DNA of 64,000 nucleotides from Macrostomum hystrix. Lineage: Eukaryota > Animalia > Platyhelminthes. The number at the start of each line of letters is the position of its first letter. The stretch's first letter is position 1. The position numbers were made by a program, and so were the translations under genes. The stretch lies in the NCBI GenBank assembly GCA_950097015.1, contig CATNEN010000038.1, positions 14,632,001 to 14,696,000 of the forward strand. Direction: 5' to 3'. A model generated the notes under the pieces. The model was not told where the DNA came from, did no database searches, and saw only the letters and a list, made by a program, of their open reading frames with translations. Below, piece by piece: positions 13,326 through 25,159 of this stretch.

Positions 13326-14724
13326 TCGTACAAAAATTAAATAAGTCTAGAAGTTTCGACGATGCTGACTCGGACGGCTTTGAAAATTCGTTCATCGTTG
13401 AGTCGAAAATTTTGATCCATTGATAGAATTTCACGAAAATCGGTAATTCGGTTTGGGATCTATCGTGAAGTAGGCAGTGGGTATTTGAAATATCCCAAGG
13501 TCTTTCCCGAAGGGGGGAATAGCGTGATCTTTCTACTGTTAAACTACTCATGCGCTCTGATCGCTACTGCTGTCAAGTAGCATGTCCATCCAGCTCATGC
13601 TCTTCAGTATACTGTAATTAAATCAGTATTAATTATAATTTTGAGTGCTAAACTTTACAAAAAGACTGGAATTATGTGGGGTCCCATGGATCTTCTGCAT
13701 AATGCATGTCCTGCAGGACCAAAATTATCCCAGTCTAGATCAGCCAAGCTCATAGGCGTAGCAGCCTAATATGCTGGTCAAAATGTGATTAGCCGATAAT
13801 AATCCTCTGAACAGGAAGGACTTTGCAGAGGAATAAACTATAGGAAATTAAGATTGACGCGCATGCGATGAAGCAGTTGTTGAAACACCTGAGGCCCGAG
13901 TAGCTCTGTGTAGGTTGCGAGCGACTTCCAAAGCTTACAAGTCCAGGATCTCATCACTAATTACTGAGCAGCCATCTCCCATCCTTTCCCATTTCTCATA
14001 CACATTATAATTAGCCGAGTAAATGGCTTGGGGCCGAGATGGCAATATTGTGAGTGTAGGACTGAATGGGAGATCCGGCTCGGTACAGGTCCCTTGTGAC
14101 CTGCAAAGTAGATGATTATTATAACATTATATATACTATTGCCAGCCTTCATTACGCACGCATTTCTTGACAAGGTTGACAATCTGCTTAGAGAAATCCG
14201 GGTAGATTTGCAAATTGACCAGCTTTAATTGTCGTGAAAGCCGGCAATGCATAAAGAAGAATTAGAATTTTCGTCCTTTGTACTGCGAGAGTGTGACCGT
14301 TGTTTTAATTATAGTGAAATTGCGACAGACCTGACAACGTGACTGTGCCAGCTTTTCTGCCGCCTCTCGTGTTGGAAAATTGAATTTTCGAACAGCAGTG
14401 CAGAAAAACACTCCAACTAGTATTATATTATGCTAATGCTTAATTTGCATATACAGTAATCGCAGTTTCAACTGGGTACTGCCGACAACGCAAAGCTTCT
14501 ATTTTTTTATAGTAACATGTTTTTTAAAATAGAAACTGCTGCCAAGAGGGTTTTCCTATATTCCAGAAGTATAATTCTGGATTTGAGAGGAATCGAAATT
14601 AAAATCGATGCATTGCTAGCTGGAGAATGTTTGGTGAGAATAGACCCACATACAGCGAGGAGGCAGCTCAGCTCATTCCGCTGACTCCTGAGAACATACA
14701 CTGCGTATGTTCTCAATTTCAGCA

Positions 14725-15361
14725 GCGTGTTGGGCGCGTTACTCGTTACTAGTTACCGATTTGGTAAAGATCGTTACTTTATTTGCGAATTTTGCAAGTT
14801 TAGTCAAATTTAAATAATGAATTATTGATATAAATTATTATATTAATATAATATATATATAATATATAATATAATATATATAAAATTAATATATTATATA
14901 TATATATATATATTATATATTATATTATAATATATAATATTATATTATATTATATTATATATAATTATAATTAATTATATTAATTATATTAATTAATATA
15001 ATGAATTATATCTTTCGATTTCTTGAGTTGCAAACTACAAACTTTGAGAAATATTTTTTGGTCAATCCATAGACTGACTAATAGTCCGTTACTTTACTCT
15101 GACGACAATAGTATATTATCATCACTCATCAGTATTATCAGTCTAATATAAAATCTTTATGTGATCTCATAGCTAAAGAATAAACAAAGCTACGCGTATT
15201 TATAACAAAAAATAGAAGACTCATGGTAAAAATGTAAAAAACGGAAAGTAACGATTAAAAGTAACGAATGTTACATTTTTTGTATTTTTTCGTTACTAAA
15301 TGGTCAGTAACGATCGCTACTCCACATCGCCGTTACTTTTTTGTTAACGCGCCAAACACTG
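14725..15361. mobile_element. probable hAT-like MITE with an internal AT-only tract (14815-15010)
   Basis: Imperfect TIR GTGTTGGGCGCGTTAC / GTTAACGCGCCAAACACTG with multiple subterminal GTTAC/GTAAC motifs; no clean TSD. Confidence 0.5.
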
Positions 15362-15769
15362 TCACTTTGCCTTTGGTGTTCGCTCTAAACCCCATTTTTG
15401 CGATAATAAAAATCCTATTATTAATCCCGATAGTTAAACTTTTCAGCAGGATTAGCCAAAGAAATAACTGTGAAGAAAGATAACAAATCTATGGTGTACT
15501 TTTCCTAAATATCTGCCCATAGAGTACAGCCTCCTAATGGCGACTAGGGAATCGGGTTGCAATTTGATTGATGACTTTTTTACGATGCGATAAAACAGGG
15601 CCATTGTGAAGAGTTGGGAATTATTAGCGCCGGGTGACTTGTGTGTTTGAGTTAACCGAAAAAATAAATTTGATAGTTAGGTTAAAGATTTTCTTTTGAT
15701 GTCTCGTAGCTGTAGTTCGTTTTTGCAATCCAGTTAAAATTAGTTGTTAGTAGTTGGGATTTCACTCCG

Positions 15770-15975
15770 ACGTGGTCAGGGCGTCGGACTCATGACTTGA
15801 CGGTCGGTAGTTCGATTCCTGCCTCCACTGGAACAATTTGTGTCCTTTAGAAAAACACTTTAAACACTCTGCATTGCTTCAGTTCACCCAGCTGTTAAAT
15901 TGGTATCAGGTAAAACGAGGGTGGGTGTGGCGTCCCCCAGTCCATGGACTGAACAGCCGTACATCTGATGTACAT
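15770..15975 (+). mobile_element. tRNA-derived SINE family B with CORE-like domain
   Basis: A-box-like GTGGTCAGGG, B-box GTTCGATTCC, core-like TGTGTCCTTTAGAAAAACACTTTAA...CAGTTCACCCAGCTGTTAAATTGGTA, shared 3' segment. Confidence 0.75.
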
Positions 15976-17508
15976 CTGGCCCAATTTATTTTGCAATCCA
16001 AAAATATAACTATGGAACTTCAGAAATCATTAAAAAAAATCTGCTAAATTTCTTTTATCCGTGCGACTCCTGCATTATGGGCTGCATAGTGAATGCCCTT
16101 TAGTCAATATAGCAACGCTTCTTCCGTCGCGATGGGCTTAAACTCTGAACCGATTTCCCTCTGTCTAGATCCCAAGCTCATTAGGCAAGCCCGTACTTAA
16201 ACTATAGAACTTCCTTATAGCCTTCATTTTGCCCTTCAATTAGCCCATAATCTCCCAAACTTCTTTCATGCCACTGCAGTCATGAAATCCCAGCCAGCCA
16301 TATAATATTAACTCGCCCTCAACAACACACCGATATCTCAGGCGTCGAGTAGAGATATAGTCATATCCTGGCTGGGGTAGGCGACACAAAAATATAGTTT
16401 TCGGCTCAGGCGGAGAAATCGTGGGGAGGGGGGCTGGTTTCGCTTGATTTATAAGCCCCAACTGACTGAGACAGCAATGCGCGCTTATCAATGGCCTGCA
16501 TGGGGAGGGATAGCCAGACAGACAGTCTACACTCTGCGGAAAGGCCTTGGAGTGAGAGGGCGACCGGGTGTGCGACTGTTAAATAGGAAGAGGAGGGGAT
16601 TTGGCAGCTATAGGCTTTAGAAGGGATTTGAGACAGTGGAATGAGGGTTGGGGCAGAAGAGGTGGCATGAATCCGTTGACTGCACAGTTCAGTGTACATT
16701 CTGGTCCCAGTCCTAGCTGAGCCACAATGTCCACGCTGTTGGCGCCTCGACTGGTGTCTTATAAGGGCTTAGCTTTCCATGCGGGGATAGAAAATAGAGG
16801 GAGGGTATGGGGAGATAAGCATGAGCTGAATGGAATAATGCGCAGCAATACCCGTCTGGGGACAGCGACTGGAATGGGAGTCTCCCCCAAATGGGATATT
16901 GTAGCCGTAGACGTCTCTTCTCCCTTCTCCCCATTTTTCTTGCCCCCTTTCCCCTTCTCCTCCTCAACCTCCTCCCCCTGTGCTTCTCGGCGTCTCCCTA
17001 CAATTCCCTGGTCTCGTCCTCTCTCAAGCTCAATAAAAACTGCAACCCACTTTGCCATTCCGGAGTCAAACAATCCCCTTCCCTCCCTTCCTTTTACCTC
17101 AGAGCGCGCGCCTACCCTGGCTTTGCCGTTGAGTTAACAACACACACACACACTACTTTTCTCACTTGCATTCCTCTTCGGCAACTCTCTGACCAAAAAC
17201 CGGGCCCGACCTGAGCGACACAGAGAAAGAGAAAGAGAGAGAGTTGGTTGATCGCAGGAGTTGAGCAAGTAGTGCCCTCGTCAGCTAACTAACCGTCTCA
17301 TTGGTGGCAGCTAGCGCAAGCGAACCAAAAGTGAATAAGGTGGTAAACACCAAAATCCCAAGCTGCCAAAGTAGAAAGAAAAGAGAGTAGCAAAATTCTT
17401 CTCAGCCAGAAATCAGCAACGGCAAGACAAGAAGCAATCGAAAGGTAGCTCAGAACAATACTATACGCTAACTATCAACACTAAGCGACTGAAACTTAAG
17501 CAGTTGCA

Positions 17509-18045
17509 ATGCCATTCGGATGCTTCGGAAAGCGAAAGAGGCAGGAGCGGATAGACAAGCCGTGCGATAAGCCAGACACAGACGGGACCAAGAACAATGC
17601 GACAGACGGTGTTGACAAACCAGCTGAGGACAGTGGCGCTGAAGTGAATGAAGTAATCACGGTGGCGCGAACACACAGTCTGCACGCCTCAGCTCCCAAC
17701 TCAGTTGAGCACAGGCACACAACTATTGGCATTCAAAAGTCGGCCACATTGGCCAGATACGATTTTCTAAGAAAGAGCGACTACACAAACACGGCCGACA
17801 GGTGGGCCGCGTTGAAGCAGCAGTACCTCGAGTCTGCGCATGCCGGTCAGAACGGCTCAGCCGGTGGTGGCGGCTCAGTCAGCGGCCCATCGGCGGTGAA
17901 GCGAGCAGCAATGAGCCTGCCCCGGCAGTTCGCGCCGCCCAGCAGTAGCAGCTCCGTGGTGCGCTTCTCCCAGTGGTTCTACGAGCGCCAGACGATGGAG
18001 GTTGACGCTAGGCGCGAGTTTCACGAGCGCGAGGAGAAGACGAGG
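17509..18045 (+). CDS. alternative first coding exon (MPFGCFGKRKR...), 179 aa
   Basis: In-frame stop 12 nt upstream of the ATG; agg|gtaaat phase-0 donor; continues in frame into 19755. Confidence 0.8.
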
Positions 18046-18094
18046 GTAAATTTTTCCTGGCTTAAAGTACGAGCCGAATAAAAATGGCAGTACT

Positions 18095-18402
18095 AGGGCT
18101 GCGGGCAATGGCACATTAATTTGGTGACAACTGACAACGCTGACTCCTGAGCACATACGCACACAGATACTGTACGCAGGCACACACTCACACTGGTGTG
18201 TACATCAGCTTTACTTTTTCATCGTCAGGCAGTGTGCAGTTTCACTGTGCCTTGGAGGTTGGCCCTCAATGCTTTAGATTGCACGACAAGCCCCCAAGCC
18301 TTCTCTACGTGGCTGCGCCCCAAATGAATGTGGCCTCGCCGCGGAATCGAGCTTAGGGACCTTGGTTTCGAGAGGCAAACCGCTCTGCCAGCTCCACCCC
18401 TC
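18095..18402 (-). mobile_element. SINE family A, near full-length
   Basis: Reverse complement of the family A body including tRNA-like head (AGCTCGATTCC) and 3' CCATTGCCCGCAGCC. Confidence 0.85.
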
Positions 18403-18454
18403 GCCTTAATCCACTCTAAGGCACCAACAGTACATATAGTTTTCTATTGCTCCA

Positions 18455-18520
18455 GTTCGCCCCTTCCAGTCCATGGATTGAACAGCCGTACGCAGCCTTC
18501 AGATACGCCGCACAATAACT
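18455..18520 (+). mobile_element. SINE family B 3' fragment
   Basis: CCAGTCCATGGATTGAACAGCCGTACGCAG matches 9172-9200. Confidence 0.6.
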
Positions 18521-19214
18521 GATCAGGCATGCTATTTAGTGAATGGGACTATCATTCTGCGAGCCTAGAAAACATAATATTTTGTAGGTGTGGCCTGTTT
18601 TTAGTGTACAGTTAGACAGAAAGATTGACAGAGAGAAATTAGAAAATGCTCTAACTGAGTAGAGTAGACTGTGCTCCGACCTTATAGGCAAGGTAAAACA
18701 ACCCAAGAAGACGGGGAAATGCCACCCCTAGGGGGGAAAATTGGGTCGGGGAGATCTTGCACACTTGTGGAGTAGAGACAGCCTAGGAATTGTAGCAACT
18801 AATGCAGCCGGCCAGCTCTCGCCCAGGGTCTCAGGCCCACCCACCCACCCTCCCTTAATCCTACCCAGCCCCACAAAAAATGGATCGATAAAATGCTTTT
18901 TTTATGCTAGAAGAGTTGTTCAGTTGTAGACGTACAGCCAATGCGCATGGCTGTCCGTTTCCACTTTATAGACCGGCCAATTCATTTTTAACAAAAATTA
19001 CAAGCTTTGTTTTTTCCTGTGTTATTATCCCGGATTCACAAAATGTAGATATTTTTCTGTCCATATTTCTGACAATTTAGTTTCACGGTAAAAGTCTTAG
19101 AAGGAATCCATTATAAATGTATATGGAACACTTTTTTGGATTTATTTTATAATCAGGGCTTGTCAACAAAATAATCTGCATCTAGTGTCAAAGAAGGAAT
19201 TAAGAATTCACATT

Positions 19215-19535
19215 GACAAGGGAGAGATGAGACAGGGTAGAGATGAGACATGATTGAGATGAGACAGAAGAGATAAGACATGGTCGAGATGAGACAGGGT
19301 AGAGATGAGACATGGTCGAGATGAGACAGGGGAGAGATGAGACAGGGGAGAGATGAGACATGGTCGAGATGAGACAGGGGAGAGATGAGACATGGTCGAG
19401 ATGAGACAGGGGAGAGATGAGACAAGGGAGAGATGAGACAGGGGAGAGATGAGACAAGGGAGAGATGAGACAAGGGAGAGATGAGACAGGGTAGAGATGA
19501 GACAGGGTAGAGATGAGGCAGGGAGAGATGAGACA
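19215..19535. repeat. 17-bp (GAGATGAGACAGGGGA-type) minisatellite; reverse complement of the TCTCATCTCTCCC family
   Basis: Visible tandem unit; same family at 37385, 62295 and 63860. Confidence 0.9.
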
Positions 19536-19754
19536 GTGGAATAAAAGGAATTAGAGCAGTGCTGCTTTGCGTGAATATAATTTCTTCTATAAGTATAGTA
19601 CAAAGCAGTATAAAACAGGCCATAGCGCACATTGTTAACTATTAAATATTATTAGAACATTCAAAATAAAACTACAAAGCAGTATAAAGCAGAACTCAAA
19701 TGGTATATATTGCGATATATTTGGTACATTTTGTAATTTTCCGGATTTTTTTAG

Positions 19755-19850
19755 AAACTATTAGACGGTGTTGAGCAGGACTCAATACCGGAGGACAATG
19801 CCAGCAGCAGAGTGGAGGTTTCGAACAATGGCTTTGAAAAGCCAGTGGCG
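19755..19850 (+). CDS. internal exon (KLLDGVEQDSIPEDNASSRVEVSNNGFEKPVA)
   Basis: tttttttag acceptor, gcg|gtaagg donor, 96 nt phase 0-0. Confidence 0.8.
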
Positions 19851-20433
19851 GTAAGGCCGAAAGGTTAATTAGTAAAGAACAAGTACTCGTACTTATTTAG
19901 AAATCAACACTTGATCGATATTTCCTAGATTTGGTGAAAGCGAATTGTTGCAATATTTCTTAACAGTAGAAAGACCAGACACTATTTCGTGTAACCATGT
20001 AACCAGACACCATTAGGACATGCCAAAAAAGAGAAAATGTGGTGATTTGAATTCCCCCCCGTGGTCTTTCTTTCTCTTTCTAAGAAAATGATTTCATTTG
20101 TTATAATCGTTGTTTTCTTAAATATCGATTCTTAATCACATAAAAATTATCAAAACACTACAGTAGTTCGCATAGATTTAAAATTAAAAGTACACCGCGA
20201 TTGAGTAATAAAAATTAACTGCACTCCACACTTAGTTAAAAATAACTAAAATCAGTTCATAGTTTCTACAGAAAACGTTTAACGAAAATCTGGAACGATT
20301 GACAAGTAAAATTGGCAGTGTGAAACTTCTGTCTCGATCAAAGCTGTTTCATAAAAAATACAGCTAATAACAATGCACAAAATGATGGAAAGAAATGGTC
20401 ACAAATTTCGCTGCCTGATGTGATTTTTTACAG

Positions 20434-20769
20434 CCGCAAGCATCAGCAGCAGCATCGGCAGCATCGGCAGCATCGATGCCTAATGAGGAAGAGCCGATCG
20501 ACATTGACTTGAATGACCCGGATGTACAAGCTGCTGCTGCTAAGATTCAAAAGGGTTGGGGCAGTAGACGGGCTGCGGCTGCTAATAAGAGCAAGCAGCA
20601 GCAGCAGCAGCCGCCGCAGGTGGAGGTGGAGGTCAAGTTGACGGAAGCTAGCAATAAGCCAGCTGAAGCTGAAGAGGTTGTTGACATTGATCTGAACGAT
20701 CCGGAGGTTCAGGCAGCCGCGGCGAAGATTCAGAAGGGCTGGGGAAATCGCAAGGCTGCCAAACAGCAG
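20434..20769 (+). CDS. exon with two neurogranin/PEP-19/igloo-type acidic-IQ units (DIDLNDP[D/E]VQAAAAKIQKGWG)
   Basis: tttttttacag acceptor, cag|gtagat donor, phase 0-0; motif resembles neurogranin [22 protein letters not shown]. Confidence 0.85.
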
Positions 20770-20834
20770 GTAGATAATATCCCAATGAATATAAGTTTGT
20801 GGCTGAGCATTATCTATGCAATAATAGGTACATC

Positions 20835-21790
20835 TGTAGATTGGTCATTGGGATTCGAATATTCGGTCACGATAGGCTCATTGATTATTAGGATTCGATT
20901 AGTCAGTCATTATAGATAGATTGGTCATTGGGACTCGAGTAGTCCGTCATTATAGGTAGATTGGTCATTGGGATTCGAATATTCGGTCATCGTAGGTAGG
21001 TTAGTCATTGGGATTCTAATATTCGGTCATTATAGGTAGATTGGTCATTAGGATTCGAATATTCGGTTGTGGTTGTGGTTGTTTCGAATATTCGGTTGTG
21101 GTAGGTAGATTGGTCATTGGGATTCGAATATTCGGTTGTGGTAGGTATAGATTGGTCATTAGGATTCGAATATTCGGTTGTGGTAGGTAGATTGGTCATT
21201 GGGATTCGAATATTGGGTTGTGGTAGGTAGATTGGTCATTGGGATTCGAATATTCGGTTGTGGTAGGTAGATTGGTCATTGGGATTCGAATATTCGGTTG
21301 TGGTAGGTAGATTGGTCATTGGGATTCGAATATTGGGTTGTGGTAGGAAGATTGGTCATTGGGATTCGAATATTCGGTTGTGGTAGGTAGATTGGTCATT
21401 GGGATTCGAATATTGGGTTGTGGTAGGAAGATTGGTCATTGGGATTCGAATATTGGGTTGTGGTAGGTAGATTGGTCATTGGGATTCGAATATTCGGTTG
21501 TGGTAGGAAGATTGGTCATTGGGATTCGAATATTCGGTTGTGGTAGGTAGATTGGTCATTGGGATTCGAATATTGGGTTGTGGTAGGAAGATTGGTCATT
21601 GGGATTCGAATATTCGGTTGTGGTAGGTAGATTGGTCATTAGGATTCGAATATTCGGTTGTGGTAGGTAGATTGGTCATTAGGATTCGAATAGTCTGTCA
21701 TAGTATGTAGATTGGTCATTGGCATCCGAATATTCGGTCATGACAATACAGATTGGTCATTAGGATTCGAATATTCGGTCATTATATGTA
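20835..21790. repeat. 40-bp minisatellite (GTAGATTGGTCATTGGGATTCGAATATTCGGTTGTGGTAG)n
   Basis: Sequence recurs every 120 nt = 3 units; degenerate ends. Confidence 0.93.
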
Positions 21791-22941
21791 ATACTAGCAA
21801 CTTACAATACTACTTAGATTTTATTTGGATATACCAGTTGCATGCAATAATAAACTCCTAAAAATTTTAGACACCTTCATAATGCAGAGACCAACTTACA
21901 GCCTGAACTCAACACAAAGATTAACACATTCTGCATGCCAATTTTGGCCTTAGTTAAACAAATGGAAAATTTTAACTGGAGAATATTACTTAGCAATTGA
22001 CTTTTAGAATGTAGATAAATTCAGTGTTTTGAGCCACGAATTGTATTGTGTTATAGTCCAAAATGTATTGCACTGTAATGCTCCCTTGTTGTTAAAAAAC
22101 ACGTCTTGAACTATTTGAGAAAACACCTTGTAGAAAATTAGCTTGAATCTTTTTGAGTACACTTTTTAACGCGAATTAACTATCTTTTCTAGTAAATAGC
22201 AGTTTAACTCTTTTCTTTCTAAAAATACATTCAAACTTTTCCTGCACAAGCGTTTCCTGAACAGTTTGTTATAATTCGCCAGAGGCAGATTAACAAAAAA
22301 TTAAGTACAAATAAATCTATCTAAGCTTATGTTCTTTAAAAAAAATGATTTAAAAAATAAAAAAAAAACAAAACTAAGAAACTATCGTTTATTTTTTGAT
22401 ATTTGTAAAATTAAAATTTATATATTTATTGAATTTCATTTTCACAAATTTAATCGGTGATACGCCTGGCATGTTTAATTTTAAACTCGTTGCTATTTTT
22501 TTTAATCTAATTTAAATATGAAATAATAGCGATTCTTCCAGGCTTTTTATTAATACTGTAAAACTTTTAAAACCGTATGTACTTTTTCCCTGATATTTTG
22601 TCACTTGAACATATAACACGTAGACAGTCTAACACAGAAAAGTATATATGATATTTGAGACAGTAAGTAAAGAGCAGTTGTAGTACTGAACAATTACCTG
22701 CTACGTTATGAGTACATTTTAAACCCTTATTTCTAAGAAACCTGTGGTAAGAATGGAAGTAATATGTACGCTTGCATTATATCGTTTAGCCTTTATACTT
22801 TTTTCAACTTTAACTTTCTCCCAATCCTGTATCGTCGATTCTATCATAATTTATTTTGTAACTTCTGTATGAAGACACTCACATTTATTAGATGTTATGA
22901 ATCATAAATTAGTCACCAAATGTAATTTTTTAATTCCGCAG

Positions 22942-23031
22942 GTCGACAATGCCTCAACGGACAATGCAAACGAAACTGTGGCTGTTGAAGCTGGCGCAGA
23001 GAAAGCTCCAGAGGCTGCTTCCAAAGAGCAG
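22942..23031 (+). CDS. internal exon (VDNASTDNANETVAVEAGAEKAPEAASKEQ)
   Basis: ttccgcag acceptor, cag|gtgaga donor, 90 nt phase 0-0. Confidence 0.8.
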
Positions 23032-23054
23032 GTGAGAGAGCAAAATCTGTCACC

Positions 23055-24762
23055 GTCTCATCACACAGTCACCAACTCATCACACAGTCACCAACTCATT
23101 ACACAGTCACCAACTCATCACACAGTCACCAACTCATCACACAGTCACCAACACATCACACAGTCACCAACTCATCATACAGTCACCAACACATCACACA
23201 GTCACCAACTCATCACACAGTCACCAATTCATCGCACAGTCACCAATTCACCACAGTCACCAATTCATCGCACAGTCACCAATTCACCACAGTCACCAAT
23301 TCACCACAGTCACCAATTCACCACAGTCACCAATTCACCACAGTCACCAATTCATCACACAGTCACCAACTCATCGCACAGTCACCAATTCACCACAGTC
23401 ACCAATTCATCACACAGTCACCAACTCATCGCACAGTCACCAATTCATCACACAGTCACCAACACATCACACAGTCACCAACTCATCACACAGTCACCAA
23501 CTCATCGCACAGTCACCAATTCATCACACAGTCACCAACACATCACACAGTCACCAACTCATCACACAGTCACCAACTCATCACACAGTCACCAACACAT
23601 CACACAGTCACCAACTCATCACACAGTCACCAATTCATCGCACAGTCACCAATTCACCACAGTCACCAATTCATCGCACAGTCACCAATTCACCACAGTC
23701 ACCAATTCACCACAGTCACCAATTCACCACAGTCACCAATTCACCACAGTCACCAACTCATCACACAGTCACCAATTCACCACAGTCACCAATTCACCAC
23801 AGTCACCAACTCATCACACAGTCACCAACACATCACACAGTCACCAACTCATCACACAGTCACCAATTCACCACAGTCACTAATTCACCACAGTCACCAA
23901 TTCACCACAGTCACCAATTCACCACAGTCACCAATTCATCACACAGTCACCAACTCATCGCACAGTCACCAATTCACCACAGTCACCAATTCATCACACA
24001 GTCACCAACTCATCGCACAGTCACCAATTCATCACACAGTCACCAACACATCACACAGTCACCAACTCATCACACAGTCACCAACTCATCGCACAGTCAC
24101 CAATTCATCACACAGTCACCAACACATCACACAGTCACCAACTCATCACACAGTCACCAACTCATCACACAGTCACCAACACATCACACAGTCACCAACT
24201 CATCACACAGTCACCAATTCATCGCACAGTCACCAATTCACCACAGTCACCAATTCATCGCACAGTCACCAATTCACCACAGTCACCAATTCACCACAGT
24301 CACCAATTCACCACAGTCACCAATTCACCACAGTCACCAACTCATCACACAGTCACCAATTCACCACAGTCACCAATTCACCACAGTCACCAACTCATCA
24401 CACAGTCACCAATTCATCGCACAGTCACCAATTCACCACAGTCACCAATTCATCGCACAGTCACCAATTCACCACAGTCAGTAATTCACCACAGTCACCA
24501 ATTCACCACAGTCACCAATTCACCACAGTCACCAATTCACCACAGTCACCAATTCATCGCACAGTCACCAACTCATCACACAGTCACCAACACATCACAC
24601 AGTCACCAACACATCACACAGTCACCAATTCATCGCACAGTCACCAATTCATCACACAGTCACCAACTCATCACACAGTCACCAACACATCACACAGTCA
24701 CCAATTCATCGCACAGTCACCAATTCATCATAGATGCAACCAATTCATCACAGTCACCAATT
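23055..24762. repeat. 19/17-bp minisatellite (CACAGTCACCAA[C/T]TCA[TCA])n filling almost the whole intron
   Basis: Visible tandem units of two lengths. Confidence 0.95.
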
Positions 24763-24779
24763 CTTATCTTTCTCTACAG

Positions 24780-24917
24780 GAATCAGTTCAAGCCGCTTCC
24801 GCTGCAGAGAGTCAGGCAGATGTTAATCACCATGACAACCAACCTGTTGAGGTTCCTGCTAACGAGACACCCAAGGACGAGAGCAAAGAACAACTGCCTT
24901 GCGAAGCAGAGAACAAG
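24780..24917 (+). CDS. internal exon (ESVQAASAAESQ...LPCEAENK)
   Basis: ttctctacag acceptor, aag|gtatgg donor, 138 nt phase 0-0. Confidence 0.8.
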
Positions 24918-25159
24918 GTATGGTAGAGATTTTGCTGTGATGAGTGTCAACATGCGCCAGTTAAAGCATTTCCGTGTTCTTGTAAACTATAAAAGTAGAC
25001 ACTATTATTTTTTTATGAATCGAACTTTGGACCTATCGTTTAAGACTTCGAAGCGAATATAACTTAGTTACTCAGTTTTTATAGTATCTTTTTAAACATT
25101 TTTTTTGCTTAGCGACAAATGCGGTCCTTTGCTCACTTCCCACCAATCGCCGGTTGCAG

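Noticed and set aside
16240-17214. Cluster of short ORFs in a GC-rich unique region
   Set aside because: No recognisable domains or consistent splice sites; more likely upstream regulatory DNA of the 17509 exon
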